Positions 12,963 through 27,399 of a stretch of 64,000 nt of DNA are shown in pieces (position 1 is the first letter of the stretch; every line of letters starts with the position of its first letter). Both the position numbers and the translations under genes were made by a program. The notes under the pieces are model-generated. The model was not told where the DNA came from. It did no database searches and saw nothing but the letters and a program-made list of their open reading frames with translations. The stretch is from the human T2T-CHM13v2.0 reference genome, Homo sapiens, in NCBI RefSeq assembly GCF_009914755.1, contig NC_060947.1; one strand, given 5' to 3'.

Positions 12963-15900
12963 CAGTTAGATGTATTCCTAGATATTTTATTTATTTGTGG
13001 CTATTGTAAATGGGATTGTGTTCCGTATTTGGCTTTTGGCTTGAATGTTACTGGTGTATAAAAATTCTACTGATTTTTATATGTTGATTTTGTATCCGGA
13101 AAGTCATTTGCCAGTTCCACAAGCCACTTGGTGGAGTCTTTAGGGTTTTCTAGGTAAAGAATCAATTCATCCATGAGGAGAGATAGCTTGACTTCTTCTT
13201 TTCTTATTGGGATGCCATTTATGCTTTTCTCTTGCCTGATTGCTTTGGCTAAGACTTCCAGTACTATGTTGAATAGGAGGAATGAGAGTGGGCTTCCTTG
13301 TCTTTTTCCATTTTCAAGGGAATGCTTCTGGTTTTTGCCTATTCAGTATGATGTTGGCTGTATGTTGGTCATAGATAGCTCTTATTATTTTGTAACATGT
13401 TCCTTTGATGTCCATGCTGTTGAGTGCCAAGGTTTTTTTTTATCATGAAGGGATATTGTATTTTATCAAAAGCTTTTTTTAATATGTTGAAATGATAATA
13501 TGGTTTTTGTTTTTAATTGTGTTTATGTAGTGAATTACATTTATTGATGTTCATATGTTGAACCAGTCTTGCATCCTAGAAATAAATTCTACTTGATTGT
13601 GCTGAATTAACTTTTTGATATGCTGCTAGATTTAGTTTGCTAGGATTTTATTGAGGATTTTTGTGTTTATGTTCATCAGATGTATTGGTCTGTAGTTTTC
13701 TTTTTTCATTGTGCCTTTGCTGGGTTTTAGTAAGAATGATGCTGGCCTCATAGAATGAGTTAGGGAAGAGTCCCTTCTCCTCAAATTTTTGGAATAGTTT
13801 CAATAGAATGGGTACCAAATCTTTGTTGTATGTCTGGTGTAATTCAGTTATGAATCCATCTGGTCCAGGGCTTTTTTTGGTTGGTAGGTTTTTCATTATT
13901 TATTCTATTTTGGGGCTCAATATTAATTTGATCAGCATTTTAATTTCTTCCTGATTTTATCTTGAGAGATTGTGTGTTTACAGGCATTTATCCATTTCCT
14001 CTAGGTTTTCTAATTTGTGTATGTGTTATCTCTGAGGTTCTTTTGTATTTCTGTGAGATTAATTGTAATGTCACCTTTGTTATTTTTGTATGTACTTATT
14101 TGAATCTTTTCTCTTTTTTTTTTTTTTTTGGTTAATGTAGCTAGTGGTCTATCAATCAATCTTGTTTTCCTTTCAAAAGTCTAACTTTTGGTTTCATTGA
14201 TTGTTTGGATTTTTGGGTCTCAATTTTATTCAGCTCTGCCCTGATTTTAGTTATTTCTTTACTTCTGCCAGCTTTCAGGTTAATTTGTTCCTGTTTTCCC
14301 AGTTCCCTTGTGTGTGATGTTAGACTGTTAATTTGAGATCTTTCTAACTTTTTAAGGTAAGCATTTAATAATATAAATTTTGTCTTGACATGGCTTTTGC
14401 TGCATCCTGAGATTTTGGTATATTGTGACTTTGTTTTTATTTATTTCAGAGATTTATTTATGAATTAACTTTATGGTTAACCCAAAATCACTCAGGAGCA
14501 AGTTGTTTAATTTCTATGTAATCTTGGGGTATATTCTGTGTACAGAAGAGAGGAATGTAAATTATGTAGTAGATGGGTGGAGTAATCTGTAGATGTCTAT
14601 TAGTTTCAATTGGCCAAGTGTCACATTTAATTCCAGAATTTATTTGTTAGTATTCTGCTTTAATGATCTGTCTAATGTTTACAGTGGGGTGTTGAAGTCT
14701 CCCACTATTATCAGGTGGCTGTCTCAGTCTCTTTATAGGTCTAGAAGTACTTCTTTTTGTGAATCCCAGTGCTCCAATGTTGGGTTCATCTATATTTAGG
14801 ATAGTTAACTCTTCTTGTTGAATTGAACCATTTATCATCATGTAATGCTCTTCTTTTTCCTTTTTTACTATTGCTGGTTTAAAGTCTGTTTTATCTAAGT
14901 ATAATGATAACCTCTGCTGTATTTTGTTCTGCATTTGCAATATGACTCTTCAACCCTTTACCTTGGGCCTATGGATTTTGTTACAAGTGAGATGGTTCTC
15001 TTGAAGACAGTAAATTAATGGGTCTTGATTTTTCTTATCCAGATTGCCACTCTGTGCTTTTTAAGTGAGACATTTAGACCATTTACATTCAAGGTTATTA
15101 TTAATATGTGAGGTTTTGTAGCTAGTTCCTCTGTAGTTTCTATTGTGTGGTTGCTTTATAGTGTCTGTGGGCTATGTAATTAGGAGTGTTTTGTGGTGAC
15201 AGGTATTGTTATTTTGTTTCTATTTTAGAACTCTCAAGGATCTCTTGTATGGCTTGTGTAGTGGTTACAAATTCCCTTAGCACTTGATTGTCTGAAAAAT
15301 ATTTTATATCTCCTTCATTTATGAACTTGAGTTTGGTGGGATAAAAAATTATTGGTTGGAATTTCTTTTCTTTAAAGATACTGAATATAGGCCTCCAATC
15401 TCTCCTGGCTTGTAAGGATTTTGCTGAGAAGTCTTCTGTTAGCCTGTTGAGGCTCCCTCCGTATGTCATCTGACCTTTTTCTACAGCTGCCTTTAAGATT
15501 TCTTCTTTAGCATATATCTTGGACAGTCTGATGACTATATGCCTTAGTGATGTTCATTTTATATAGTACCATGCAGGTGTTCTCTGTATTTCTTGAATCT
15601 GGATGTCTACCTCTCTAGCAAGATTATGGAAATTTTCTTGAATGACTCTAATATGTTTTCCAGGTTGTTTGCTTGTTTTCCTCTCTCAGGAAGGCCAATA
15701 ATTCCTAAATTTAGTCATATTACATAATCCCATATTTCTTGGAAACTTTGTTCATTTGTAACAATTATTTTTTCTTTATTTTTCTGACTGGGTTAGTTCA
15801 AAAGACCAGTCTTCAAGTTCTGAAAGTCTTTTTTCTGTTTGGTGCAGCCTACTGATAAAGCTTCCCATTGTATTTTGAAATTCCTTATGTGAAGGTTTCA

Positions 15901-17223
15901 ATTTTAGAATTTCTTATTGGTTTGTTTTTAAGATGTTTATCCCTTCCTTCATTTCCTGGTTTGCTTTAGATTTTTCTTTGTGCTTATTTTCAACCTTGTT
16001 TTCGATCACATTGAACTTCCTTGCAAATTGTGCTATGAATTCTTTAAGCGTCACTTTTGAGTTTCTATTTTGGTTAGACACCATTGCTGGAGGGCTAGTG
16101 CGATCCTTTGGTGGCTTCACTATCTTCAGATTTCTCATGGTGCCAGATTTTTTATGCTGGTTCCTTCTCATTTGGAGATGCTGACACTTCTTATTTTTGT
16201 AACTATTTTCGTGTGGGTGAATTTTTTTCTTTTTCTTTCCTTTCCTATAATTTTATTTTTTTCTTTCCTTTCCCCTTTCTACCTGTCTCTAGCAGGTGCG
16301 ACCGTAGAGAATACTGGGTAGTCTTTTGGCTTTGTCTCTATAGTCCTATGCACTTTATTTTAGGCTGTGCAGTTTAACCTACGAGCCAGTAGATGGCACT
16401 CATGGGTAAGAGCTAGCTGTGGCCTACATGGCGGGCTGTATACTTGATCTTTGTTTACTGGCAGATGCTCTCTGTTGCCTTGGGCATTGAGCTTATTTAG
16501 GGAATATACAGAGGTCTTAGCTTCCTGCTCAGCCCCAGGGGGTTTGTGGCCACAAGGAGTGGGGCCAGACTAGGCAGATCTGCCTACAGGTCCCCCAGTG
16601 GCCGACACAAGAACCTCTTCTGAAGGAGAATTTAGTGGGCAGCACTGAGGTGTACCTAGGTGTGAAGTTAGGAAACATCCTCAATGACAAGTTCTCTGCA
16701 TGAGATTAAGAGGTGGCCTAAACTCCTAATCCATGAGATTGGGTGATCACATGCCTGGATCTCTACACAAGAGGTGTGGGGAAACTCAGGCGGCTGAACA
16801 AGGCAAGCAGGTGCTCATCTGCCTGAGTGTGTAGCAGAGGGCCTCACAGCACCAAATCTATGTCCAGGAAGAGTGGGGCAGCTGAGACTGCTCAGCTAGA
16901 TGAGTGGATGCTCTGAATGCCTGGAGATATGCCTGGGCATAAAGCAGAGAGAGCCTTTATGCACCAGGGTCTCTGCACAGGAAGAGTGGGGAATGTCAGA
17001 ATGCTGATCCAGGTAAGCAGGTACTCCAAATGCATGGAGATCTGCCTGGTGTGGAGCAGAGAGGATTCCCCTGCACCAAATTCTTTTAATCAGCCAGATG
17101 ACATCAAGAAAGCTGTTTGCTGATGTACTCTCCCCCAGGTTCTGGGGTGTCCTTCATGACTCAGGTGGATTTCCATTTTTCCATCTTGAATTAAAGCTCT
17201 CAGAATAGATCTTTATGCACTAT

Positions 17224-17770
17224 TGTTACCGGAAAGGGGTCCAGATACAAACCCCAAGACTGGGTTCTTGGATCTTGCACAAGAAAGAATTCAGGGTGAA
17301 TCTGTAAAGTGAAAGCAAGTTTATTAAGAAATAAAGGAATAAAAGAATGACTGTTCCATAGAGCAGCCACAAGGGCTGCTGGTTGCCCATTTTTATGGTT
17401 ATTTATTTCTTGATTATATGCTAAACAATGGGTGGATTTTTTATGCCTCCCCGTTTTAGACCATAAAGGGTAAATTCCTGAAGTTGCCATGGCATTTGTA
17501 AACTGTCATGGCGCTGGTGGGACTGTAACAGTGAGGATGACCAGTGGTCACTCTCGTAGCCATCTTGGTTTTGGTGGGTTTTGGCCAGCTTCTTTACTGC
17601 AACGTGTTTTATCAACAAGGTCTTTATGACCTGTATCTTGTGCCGATCTCCTATCTCATCCTGTGACTTAGAATGCCTTAACCATCTGAGAATGCAGCCC
17701 AGTAGGTTTCAGCCTCATTTCCCCCAGCCCCTACTCAAGATGGAGTTGCTCTGGTTAATCGCCTCTGACA
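17224..17770 (-). mobile_element. MER41A-type solo LTR (ERV1)
   Basis: Reverse complement starts TGTCAGAGGCG..AACCAGAGCAACTCCATCTTG and ends CCCCTTTCCGGTAACA. ~547 bp, inserted in an L1 5' UTR. Confidence 0.85.
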
Positions 17771-18725
17771 TTATCTTGCTATTTCCAAGTGGCTAAGGAA
17801 CAACAAAAGCCTCTAATCTGCCAAAAAAAAAAAAAATTCTAGATCTTTTAAAATTTCTTTCCACAATGTCTTGAAATTTTTAGAGTAAATTTAAACTTCC
17901 CTTGTTAAATTTGACTCAAATCATTTTATTCTTTCTGATGCTATTCTAAATGGAATTGTTTTCTTAATATAATTTTTTGATTCTCTATTGCATGCATATA
18001 CAAATGCAATTGATTTTTGAACATTGATCTTGTATCTTGAGCTTTGACAAAATTATATATTAGTACTAATAATTTTTAGTAGATTCATTATGATTTTCTG
18101 AATACAATAATATATCATTTGCAAATAAAGTTGCTTTTTTCTTTCCAATTTACATGTTTTTTATTTCTTTTCTTTCCCTAATTTCTCTGGTTAGAAGTTC
18201 CATTACAATGTTGAATAGAAATGAGAAAGTAGCCATCATTGTTTCATTTCTTAGGGGAAAAACATCCAGTATTTCACCATTAAACATGATTTATGTTGTG
18301 AGTTTTTATAGTCTTCTTTTATCAGAGAGTGTTCTGTTTCTAGTTTGTTAAGTGTCTTTATCATAAAAGAGTGTAGAATGTCATCAGATTTTTTTCCACA
18401 TGTATTGATATGACCTTGTGGTTTTGTTTTTTATTCTATTAATATAGTGTATTACATTAATTGATTTTTGCATGTTAAACAAACCTTGCATTTTGGGGAT
18501 AAATCCCAGTCATGATGTATAATCCTCTTAATATGTTGCTGAATTAAGTTTGCTAGTATTGTGTTGAGGATTTTTGCATCTGTTTTCATAAGAGATACTG
18601 GTCTATTCTTTTATTGCGATATCTTTATGTGGCTTTGGAATCAGAGTAATTCTGACTTCATAGTATATATTAGAAAGTGTTCTCTTATATTTCATGAGAA
18701 GAATTGGTGTTAATTCTTCTTTTAA

Positions 18726-19087
<362 letters not shown>

Positions 19088-20789
19088 TGATTACTGACTC
19101 AACCTCTTCAATTATAGGTCTGTTCAAATTCTCTATTTCTTCTTGAGCAAGTTTTGATAGTTTCTTTCTAGCAATTTGTTCATTTCATCTACATTGTCTA
19201 GTTCGTTAGTGCACAAGTGTTCATAATGTTTTTCTATAATCCTTTTTATTTCTGTAAGCACTATAGTAATGCCCCATTTTCATTTCTATTTTTAGTAATT
19301 TGAGTCTTCTCTCTTTTCCTAGTCAGTCTAGCTAAAGACTTGCCAATTTCGTTGATCTTTTCAAAGAGGAAACTTTTGGTTTCATAGATCCTCTCTATTT
19401 TTTTTTTCATTCTCTCTTCAATTTTCTCTCCCCTAATCTTTATTATTTCTTCCATCTTCTAGCTTTGAATTTAACTTGTTCTTTTCCTAATTCTTTGAGG
19501 TATAAGGTGATGTTATTGATTTGAAATCTTTCTTTCTATATAATGTATCAACAACTATACATTTTCCTCCGATCACCATTTTTGCTGCATCCCATAGATT
19601 TTTGTATGCTGTATTTTCACCTTCTTTTGTCTCAAAATATTTGAAAATTTTTCTTTTAACTTGTCTTTGACTCTTGGTTGTTTAAGAGTGTGTTTTTTAA
19701 TTTCCACATATTTGTAGATTTTCCATTTTTCTTCCCCTATTGATTTCTTGTTTCTTTCCATTCTAGTTGGAGAACATAGCTTACATTTTTAACCTTTTTA
19801 AATATATTTGTTTCTTATGCTCTGTCATATAGACTATACTGGAGAATGTTCCATGTAGATTTAACAATAATTTATTTGTTGTTTAGCGGAGTGTTTTATT
19901 GGTGTCTCTTAAGTCTAACTGGTTTTCTATTTATTTTTTGATCTTTCATCTAATTGTTATATCCATTATTGAATATGGGGTATCAAAATGCCCAACTCTC
20001 TCTGTTCATTTCTGTCAAGTTTTGATTCATGTATTTCAGTACTTTCTTATTAAATATATGTATACTTATAATTGTACTATCCCCATGGTGGGTTCAATGT
20101 TTTACCATTAGAAAATGTGTGTGTTTTAAAGTCCTCTGTGTTTAATATTAGCACAGTCACTTAAACTTTCTGTGGCTGCTGTTTGTATGATTTATATTTT
20201 TTCATCCTTTTACATTCAATCATTTTGTATTTTGAAATCTATACTGTGAATTGTCTAGGTGGCATATAGGTGACTCTTATTTTATTATCCCATCTGACAA
20301 TCTCTGCTTTTGACTGGATTGTTTAATCCATCCACATTTAATGTTATTACTGTTACAGTAAGATTTAAGTATGCCATTTTACTTTTTTATTTCCAATTTG
20401 TTTCATGTCTTTTTTCATCCTCTATTTCTTCTTTACTGCTTTCCTTTGCATTAAGTGAATGTTTTCTAATGAAACATTTCATTATTTATCATAACCTTTT
20501 TGTAATTTATTTTTATTTCCTTAGTAGTTGCCCTACAGCTTACTATGCACATTTTAACTTATCAGAATGATCTTCAGATTTATGGCAACTTAATTCCAAT
20601 GAGATATAGAAATGTTACTTCTATAGCACTGTATTATGTTTTTCTCCTTTATGGTATTAGTGTTTTTTATATATGTATATATTGTCTTAATGTTAAAAAC
20701 CCATTAATACATTGCTATAATTATTATTTTATACAAGTTTATGTCATTTAGAGAATCTGAGATAAGAAAGGAGAACAAAGATATATCCT

Positions 20790-21011
20790 CTGGAGAGGAT
20801 GAGCACTGTGTCCTCACATGGCAGAAGGCAGAAGGACAAAAATGGTGCCTTACTAGTTGCCTCCAGCCCTTGTATAAGGTCACTAATCTCATCTATGAGG
20901 GGAGAATTTTCATGGCCTAATTACTTCCTAAAGGTCTTACCTCTTATTAATGTTATATTAGGGATTAAGTTTTAATATAAATTTTGGAAGGGACACATTC
21001 AAACCATAGCA
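20790..21011. mobile_element. MaLR (MST/MLT1) LTR fragment
   Basis: gtcctcacatggcagaagg ... ggacacattcaaaccatagca, typical MaLR text. Confidence 0.65.
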
Positions 21012-21510
21012 GCATCCTTAGTTTTGAACTTCACTATTGCAAATAAAGTAAGTTTATTTGGGAAGAGAAAAGGATCTATCTGTTTTATGGCCTGCTTCTT
21101 CCACCAGGCAAAATCTCTGAGACAGATCTGGAGCTGGGGTTGGAGACAATGACACACTTGTCTTTGAGCAATACTCCTGCTCTAGGAGCTGAGCGCTCAG
21201 TGAATGTGGGGATAGACTTAGGTCTCCTTGACTCACTTCTCCTGTCATGGGACCACTGCCTTATGAGCTGGAGAAAAGGTAATTGGGGCCTCAGTATTCT
21301 AAGCATTACCATATCCAATTTAGAGCCTCCATTCCATGAGTGGGGACTGGCAAGAGAAAATGAGCCTCAACTTTTGGCCATACTCTCCCAACACTTAGCC
21401 TCAGCAACATGGAGCTGGGGGCAGGATAAGAAGTACTGATGTCCTGCTACTCCAGAGAAAGAAGTCCCCTAACTGAGAGCTCTGGGGAAAGGAAACCCTG
21501 TGCTCTTAGC

Positions 21511-22083
21511 TATTGAGAGGAGTTAGCCAGCTTGCTTTAGGCAGACGGTAAAGGAAGGGTCCTGAGAGAACCTCCGACCCACCCAGGTCATTGCCTAATC
21601 CACACATACCGCAAGTGCTTACACTAGATGTTTTGTGCAGATAAGGAAACTTGCACAGGGGGCTTGCCTAAACATGTCCACAGTTACACAGATAAGGGAA
21701 GTTATGCAGGAGACTTACCTAAACATGCCAGAAGTGGAAAATTCCATCCCTTGACACATGTGCAGTAAAGAAAATAAATCAATATGGAGTGACTCAGGCT
21801 AAAGGCCCACATGTGCACTGGAAGGATGGGGTAGAGCCACCAGGAATTTACACCTTAAGCAAATAAGAAACCCAGCCCCATCAGCTTTTATATAAATGAC
21901 TTTATATTCAACTGTGAAATGATAACCTGCCTTCAGGATCCCTCTGTTTTCTGAGAGCTTTCCTTTTGCTTAATAAATTCTACGCTGCCCTACTCACTCT
22001 CCAATGTCAATGTGCCTGATTCTTCCTGATTATGGGACAAGAACTCAGACCTAGCTGAGCTAAGGAGCAGGAAGACTGCAACA
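21511..22083 (+). mobile_element. ERV1 solo LTR, MER61 family (p53-site-bearing type)
   Basis: LTR-like with TATA, AATAAA and ...gactgcaaca end. Its 3' end resembles the MER61 LTRs at 23838 and 34356. Contains tandem p53 half-sites. Confidence 0.7.
21660..21679. promoter_or_regulatory. Perfect p53 response element, zero spacer
   Basis: GGGCTTGCCT AAACATGTCC matches RRRCWWGYYY twice at 20/20. Confidence 0.8.
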
Positions 22084-25000
22084 CCATGTCTGTCTACAAT
22101 GTAGTTTCCTCCATCTTCCTGAATTAGGAGGGAGGGATAAAGGAGAACTCTTATATCAAATACCATAGACTGTCTTTCCTCAATGAATTTTGGTAGATTT
22201 TCTGAATATGTTTCTTCATTTGTTTTATGCTCTTAGGACCATTTTCAGAGACATTAAATAGTTGATTTTTAAAAATAATTTTTACAGGATTCACTGGAGA
22301 GTAGGTCCATGTAGCTCCTCACACTGTCATTCCAGAATTCAATATCCGCAATTACCAGGGTTTTTACTGGAGGCTGGCAATGCAAATACCTTCTGCCTAG
22401 CATATACCAAAATCATAGACTTTCAGAAGGAAAGCAGATGTTTAACATAAACCACTTCATTTGTATAAACAGGTTAGGTACAGTGAGCCACTCTTATGAG
22501 TTTCGGGAATGTTGGGAATTTTTCCCAAATCTGAGTTTCTAGACAGCAGCCAAGGGTCCATCTTGCAAGACCTTTCTAAGTACAGAACTCTGAGAATGTC
22601 TATGTTAACTCTTTTGTGCACAGTCCACCCCACTGGCCCTTAGTCAAGGCATCTTTACACGAAAATTAGTAGTAGGAGGACCCCACACAGCATAATGATA
22701 CCAAACTGCAGTATTGGTCTCAGTTTATGCCCTTCAGGTTTTCTTAATTTAGCCAGTAAAAACAAAAGCCATTAGCCAGAAAGGTCTACCTTAGAAAGTT
22801 GGATTGTGCCCTCAAGTTCCCACATTAACCTTTATTTCTGGCTCTATGCAACAATTGAGACACAGACTAACTCTGGCTAACTTGTAAGCCTTGCAGGCTG
22901 ACCTGAAAGCCTTGCAGGTTGAAGCAGTGTCATAATAGACAGGATACACACATAAGAAGTACAATCCCAGAAGGCACACATGTTACCCTTAGAAACACAC
23001 CCCAAACTGAACATACATTCAGGCAATACAGGTTAAAGGATCCCCAGTGAATTCATCAGGACAAAATCACCATGGGGGACCTTTGCTCTAACATTTTCAG
23101 TCTAGTCCAATTAATTCAGTTTAGTCCTTGGTTTCAGAAGGATTGCCTAAAGACTGTTCCAAACAGTTTTGCTTGCCAATGACACCAGTTTATCCTACTC
23201 AGGACACTGGGAAGTGTTTTTGTGGAAAGTGCAGGAGCTAAGGCCACCCCCTACTGTCTCATAATCAGCATTGTCAGGTATAATCTTAGGCTCAGGAGTC
23301 AATTTTACTTCAAAGGGCTCATAGAAGCTTGGAAAGCCAGCATTGGCAGTCTTCAGGAAGAGAGGAAAGCTTCCAAGAACATTTTTGAAAAGCAAAGATC
23401 AGTAATGCTCTCCCTGATACCCATGCCTCCTCAGTTGTCAGGGTTTGTTTTTTCTCTGCTGTTACATCAGTGTGTTCCACTCATTGATATTTATATTTCA
23501 TATTCAATAATCCCCCACATTTACCCAGACCTTTGTCATGATATGTTGTATGCAAAAGAGACATAAACATTTTTATAGAAAAATGTTTTTTATACAACTT
23601 AATGAGAAAGAAGTTATGTTCAAGAGTTCAGCAGGACAAAAATCATAATTTTTCAAAATAGTCTCACATAATCTTTCACCCTTTTGATCCTAATCATTAA
23701 TCTGATGATCTGCCTAGAAAAGATTAATACATTTATTGGAACAGCAGCATTTAACAATAAAGTGTCTATATTTAATGTGATTACCAGAAGAAAGGTGAAG
23801 GAAGTCAGGCTGTTAGTACATTGTTGTGAACTGCAACTGATAGAGACAGGAGACAGCCAAGGGTCCCTAATGAAACCCCACCATCAAGCCTAAAATAGCC
23901 TGAAGCCTGAAAAACCAGACTGCTGGTCCCAAATGAAGCCTACTCTTTCCTGACTGATTCTCTGTGAATAATGCCCACCTGCTCACTGGGGGAAGGGGAT
24001 GGAGCCACAGGAATTCATGCCTTGTGCAGCGGGGGAGGAGGCTGGCCTCTTCAGTTCCTGTGTGTTGGCCTGGTGTTCAATCTGTGAGTGGGAGCCTGTT
24101 GGCAGGACTCCCTCTCGCTTTGCTGAGAGTTGTTTTTCCTTTTTCCTTTTCACCCAATAAATTCTGCTCTTCACCCTTATATGTGTCCATGAGCATAATC
24201 TTTCTTGGTCGTATGACAAGAACCCAGTTGTAGCAGAACTAAAAAGAAAGTTCTGCAACATTTTTGGCATCCAGACGTGGGGCTTAAGGAGGGGTGAGTC
24301 AGATGTGAACCAAAAAACTGTTTTTCCTTTTGCTTCTAAGACTTTTTGTTCTCAGACTTCTTCTGAGGGTAAATGGTGCACAACCCTACCCTAACGGGTT
24401 TAGGTGAACATGGGATGGATTAGTCAATAGCAGCTCCCCGACTCCCTCCAGGCCAGGGCTGGGGTGCATGGCCCATGATCCAAGGGTGCCCAACGGTAGA
24501 AATCAATTAAGTTTCTCTCCCTGTTGGAGGAACACATTTGTATAAGAATAAGGTTCTTCCCCCAGGCATATTTCCGACCCTGCACTTTAAACCTTTTTAT
24601 CCTTTTCTCTACCCTGTCAGCTGTTAACTTTTAAGTGAGAGGGTTTTTTTTTTTCCTTTTAGAAGATGTTTCACTAAGCCAGGAATGATAAGGATCACAG
24701 TTTATGTTATCTGTAAAGTTTTAATTATGAAAAAGGATTTGTGGGGTTGGTCTTAAGCTGTAGCCAATCTGGTGTGCTTTGCATGACTTTCTGTATGGTC
24801 AGTAGCAAACTTTGCTCCAGGCCTCCATCTTGTTTTACATCCTTGGGAGCGTGACCTGTAACCATGTGACAATGTTTTGTTTAGCCTCTGCCACTTTACA
24901 GTGGTGGCCAGATTCAATCCTGGCTTAGGGAATGAGTATTTTCAAGTTAATATCTATGTGACTTTTGCCATTTTCTGATTCTCTTTGTTAGGGACAAACT

Positions 25001-25438
25001 GCCCCCAAGAAAGCTTCTTGGTGCTGCCCACCCCTCCCCCTAATGCTCTGCAACTCTTCTCCGTGCCCATCCTTCCCCCAAGGCTCTTTACTTTTCTAAG
25101 CCCTTATCTAGGCACCATGGTGAAGCCAGCAGACTTCACTTATCAGACCTTGCTGCAATAAACAAAACCCCAATTACAAACCATCTGGACCACACAGGGG
25201 GAGATTGTGGGAAACATAAACAAACTTTACCTACACCCTTCTGTAATAAATGTCACAAGGTAATATGTGGCAAAATTAACCAGCAAACAATCCCAGGGTC
25301 TTTCTTCCCTCATGTAAACCCCTCATTTTGTATGCTCAGAGCTGCCTCCTCTGTGATGGAGCAGCTGTCAGGTTAATAAACTTCCTCGCCTGACCTTGGG
25401 TCCCTCTCTCATCCTTTCTCTCGGCTGACCTTATATTC

Positions 25439-25456
25439 TGGTGCCGAAACCCGGGA
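25439..25456 (+). promoter_or_regulatory. Primer-binding site complementary to tRNA-Phe(GAA)
   Basis: TGGTGCCGAAACCCGGGA, an 18/18 complement of the tRNA-Phe 3' end, 3 nt after the 5' LTR. Confidence 0.92.
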
Positions 25457-25479
25457 AGGCAATAGATTCTGGCTGGGAC

Positions 25480-25517
<38 letters not shown>

Positions 25518-25889
25518 CCTCCCTCCCCTATCACCCCTCTCCCGGCCAATCTCCTCTTTCCCAAACCTGCCAAAGACCCAGAGAATCTCCTAGACTCTCC
25601 CATTGCTGGCAACCTCATCCACCATCAAAGCCTCCACCAGGGTGAGTGAAAAGAGACTGTTGCCATTCCCCAGAACCCTTGACCATCCATCTCTCCACTT
25701 CCAAAAGACCCAGCGCTGGGCCAAGGGCTTCCTCCCATCTCTGAGCCTCCAGTTCCTCCATTTCAGGGATGCCTGACTCGGTGGTTACCTCCTTTATTCT
25801 GGAGAAGTTCCATGGGAAAGGGGACGCCCTCTCCCACCGTCCTTGTCATCAACAGTCTCTTCTTCCCCTACCCTCCCCTCCTCCATTCA

Positions 25890-27399
25890 CTATAGGAGCC
25901 TCTCAATCTACCCCTTCCAAGACCACCCCCCTGGGTGTCTCCTCCGCAATCTCCATGCTCTCAGCCTCCATTCAGAAATCCATTCTAAGAGGTTTATCTT
26001 TTTCAATGTACTTAAAGACAAACAACTTTTGCCATCGAAATGGGAAATGGTCTGAGATTCCTTATGTTCAGGCTTTCTTCACTCTCTGTAATCACTCTTC
26101 CCTCTGTCAGTCCTGTTCTACTTTCCAAATCCTCTTCACCCACTCCAAACCTGACTTGCCTCCTGCCCCCCTCCCCACAGCCCCAGCTGAAGACTGCTCT
26201 TCCTTCGACCCTGCCAATTTTCCCCTTCCCTGAAAGCATCATGATCCTCCACCAGAGCATCATGATCCTCCACCGTATGTCCCCACTCCAGCTCTACCTC
26301 TCTCCCCTCCTCTCTCCAACCACCCTGCTTCTGACTCTGAGTCCTCTCTCTCTCCACCCCTCACCTCCTCTCTGGCCCAAGATGCTCAGCAACCAGCTCC
26401 CTTGCTTCCTCTCCAGGAAGTAGCAGGAGTCGAGGGGATCATCCATGTCCATGTCCCTTTTTCCCTCTCCGATCTCTCCCAAATTGAGAAATGTCTCAGA
26501 TCCTTCTCCTCTGATCCCGATACTTATATCAAAGAATTTAAATATCTTACCCAATCTAATGAACTCACTTGGCATGATCTCTACATTATCCTCTTTTATA
26601 CCCTCCTTCCAGAAGAGAAGAAAAGAGTGTGGCTCACAGCACAGGCACAAGCTGATGATCTTCATTGGCAAGATCCTACTAAGCCTGTAGAAGCCGCTGC
26701 TGTTACCTGGGAAAAGCCTTCCTGGGAGTACCAACCCACAAACTCCAGCCAAGCATCCCATAACCATATAATTACTTGCGTCACTGCAGGCATTAACAAA
26801 GCTGCCCATAAGGCTGTAAATTTTGAAAATCTTAAAGAAATTTCCCAAAACCAGATGAAAATCTTGCTCAATTCCTTTTCTGCCTTACAGAGGCTTTCCA
26901 AAAATATACCCACATTGACCCTGCCTCCCAGGAAGGAACTATTGTTCTTAATACCCATTTTATCTCCCAATCCACACCCAATATTCGGCACAAGCTTCAG
27001 AAGCTTGACGACAGCCCTCAAACCCCACAACGAGACCTTCTTAATTTAGCCTTCAAAGTCTTTTAACAATCGTGATGAGGAAAGAAAGGCAAAAACAGGC
27101 AGAGTTTCAAACGCTTGCCTCTGCCATCAGGGGCCCTGCAGGCCAACAGGGCCGCAGCTCCACATGGAAGCCTCCTAGCAATCCACCTCCACCTGGTGCC
27201 TGTTTCAAGTGCGGCAGTGAAGGCCACTAGTCCAGACAATGCCCTAACCCAGATAAGCCCACCAGGCTGTGCCCCCTCTGCGGAGGACGCCACTGGAAGT
27301 CAGACTGTGAGTGGCCCCCACAAGGACTGCCCCCATCCCTTCCTGAACTGGCCAAAACCTCCTACTCAGATCTCATCGGCCTTGCCACTGAAGACTGAT
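25890..27399 (+). pseudogene. ERV gag remnant (capsid plus two zinc knuckles)
   Basis: PLQEVAGVEGIIHVHVPFSLSDLSQIEK capsid. Knuckles CFKCGSEGH*SRQC (~27201) and CPLCGGRHWKSDC (~27270). Frameshifts and stops. Confidence 0.85.

Larger units (their letters stand above)
11627..17824 (-). mobile_element. Near full-length degenerate LINE-1 (L1PB/L1PBa-type), interrupted by an Alu and MER41A
   Basis: Minus-strand ORF2 pieces ([11 protein letters not shown] at 13648-13896; endonuclease text at 14647-14940), ORF1 pieces (15209-15469, 15914-16171), and 5' UTR to ~17824. Confidence 0.9.

Noticed and set aside
17224-17770. MER41 as an interferon-inducible STAT1 enhancer
   Set aside because: Length and sequence fit MER41A. 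I did not see the tandem TTC-N3-GAA sites of MER41B, only TTCCTGAA with a 2-nt spacer.
26402-27049. 215-aa gag ORF as a domesticated capsid gene
   Set aside because: No true ATG start, and it is flanked by stops and frameshifts within a defective provirus.
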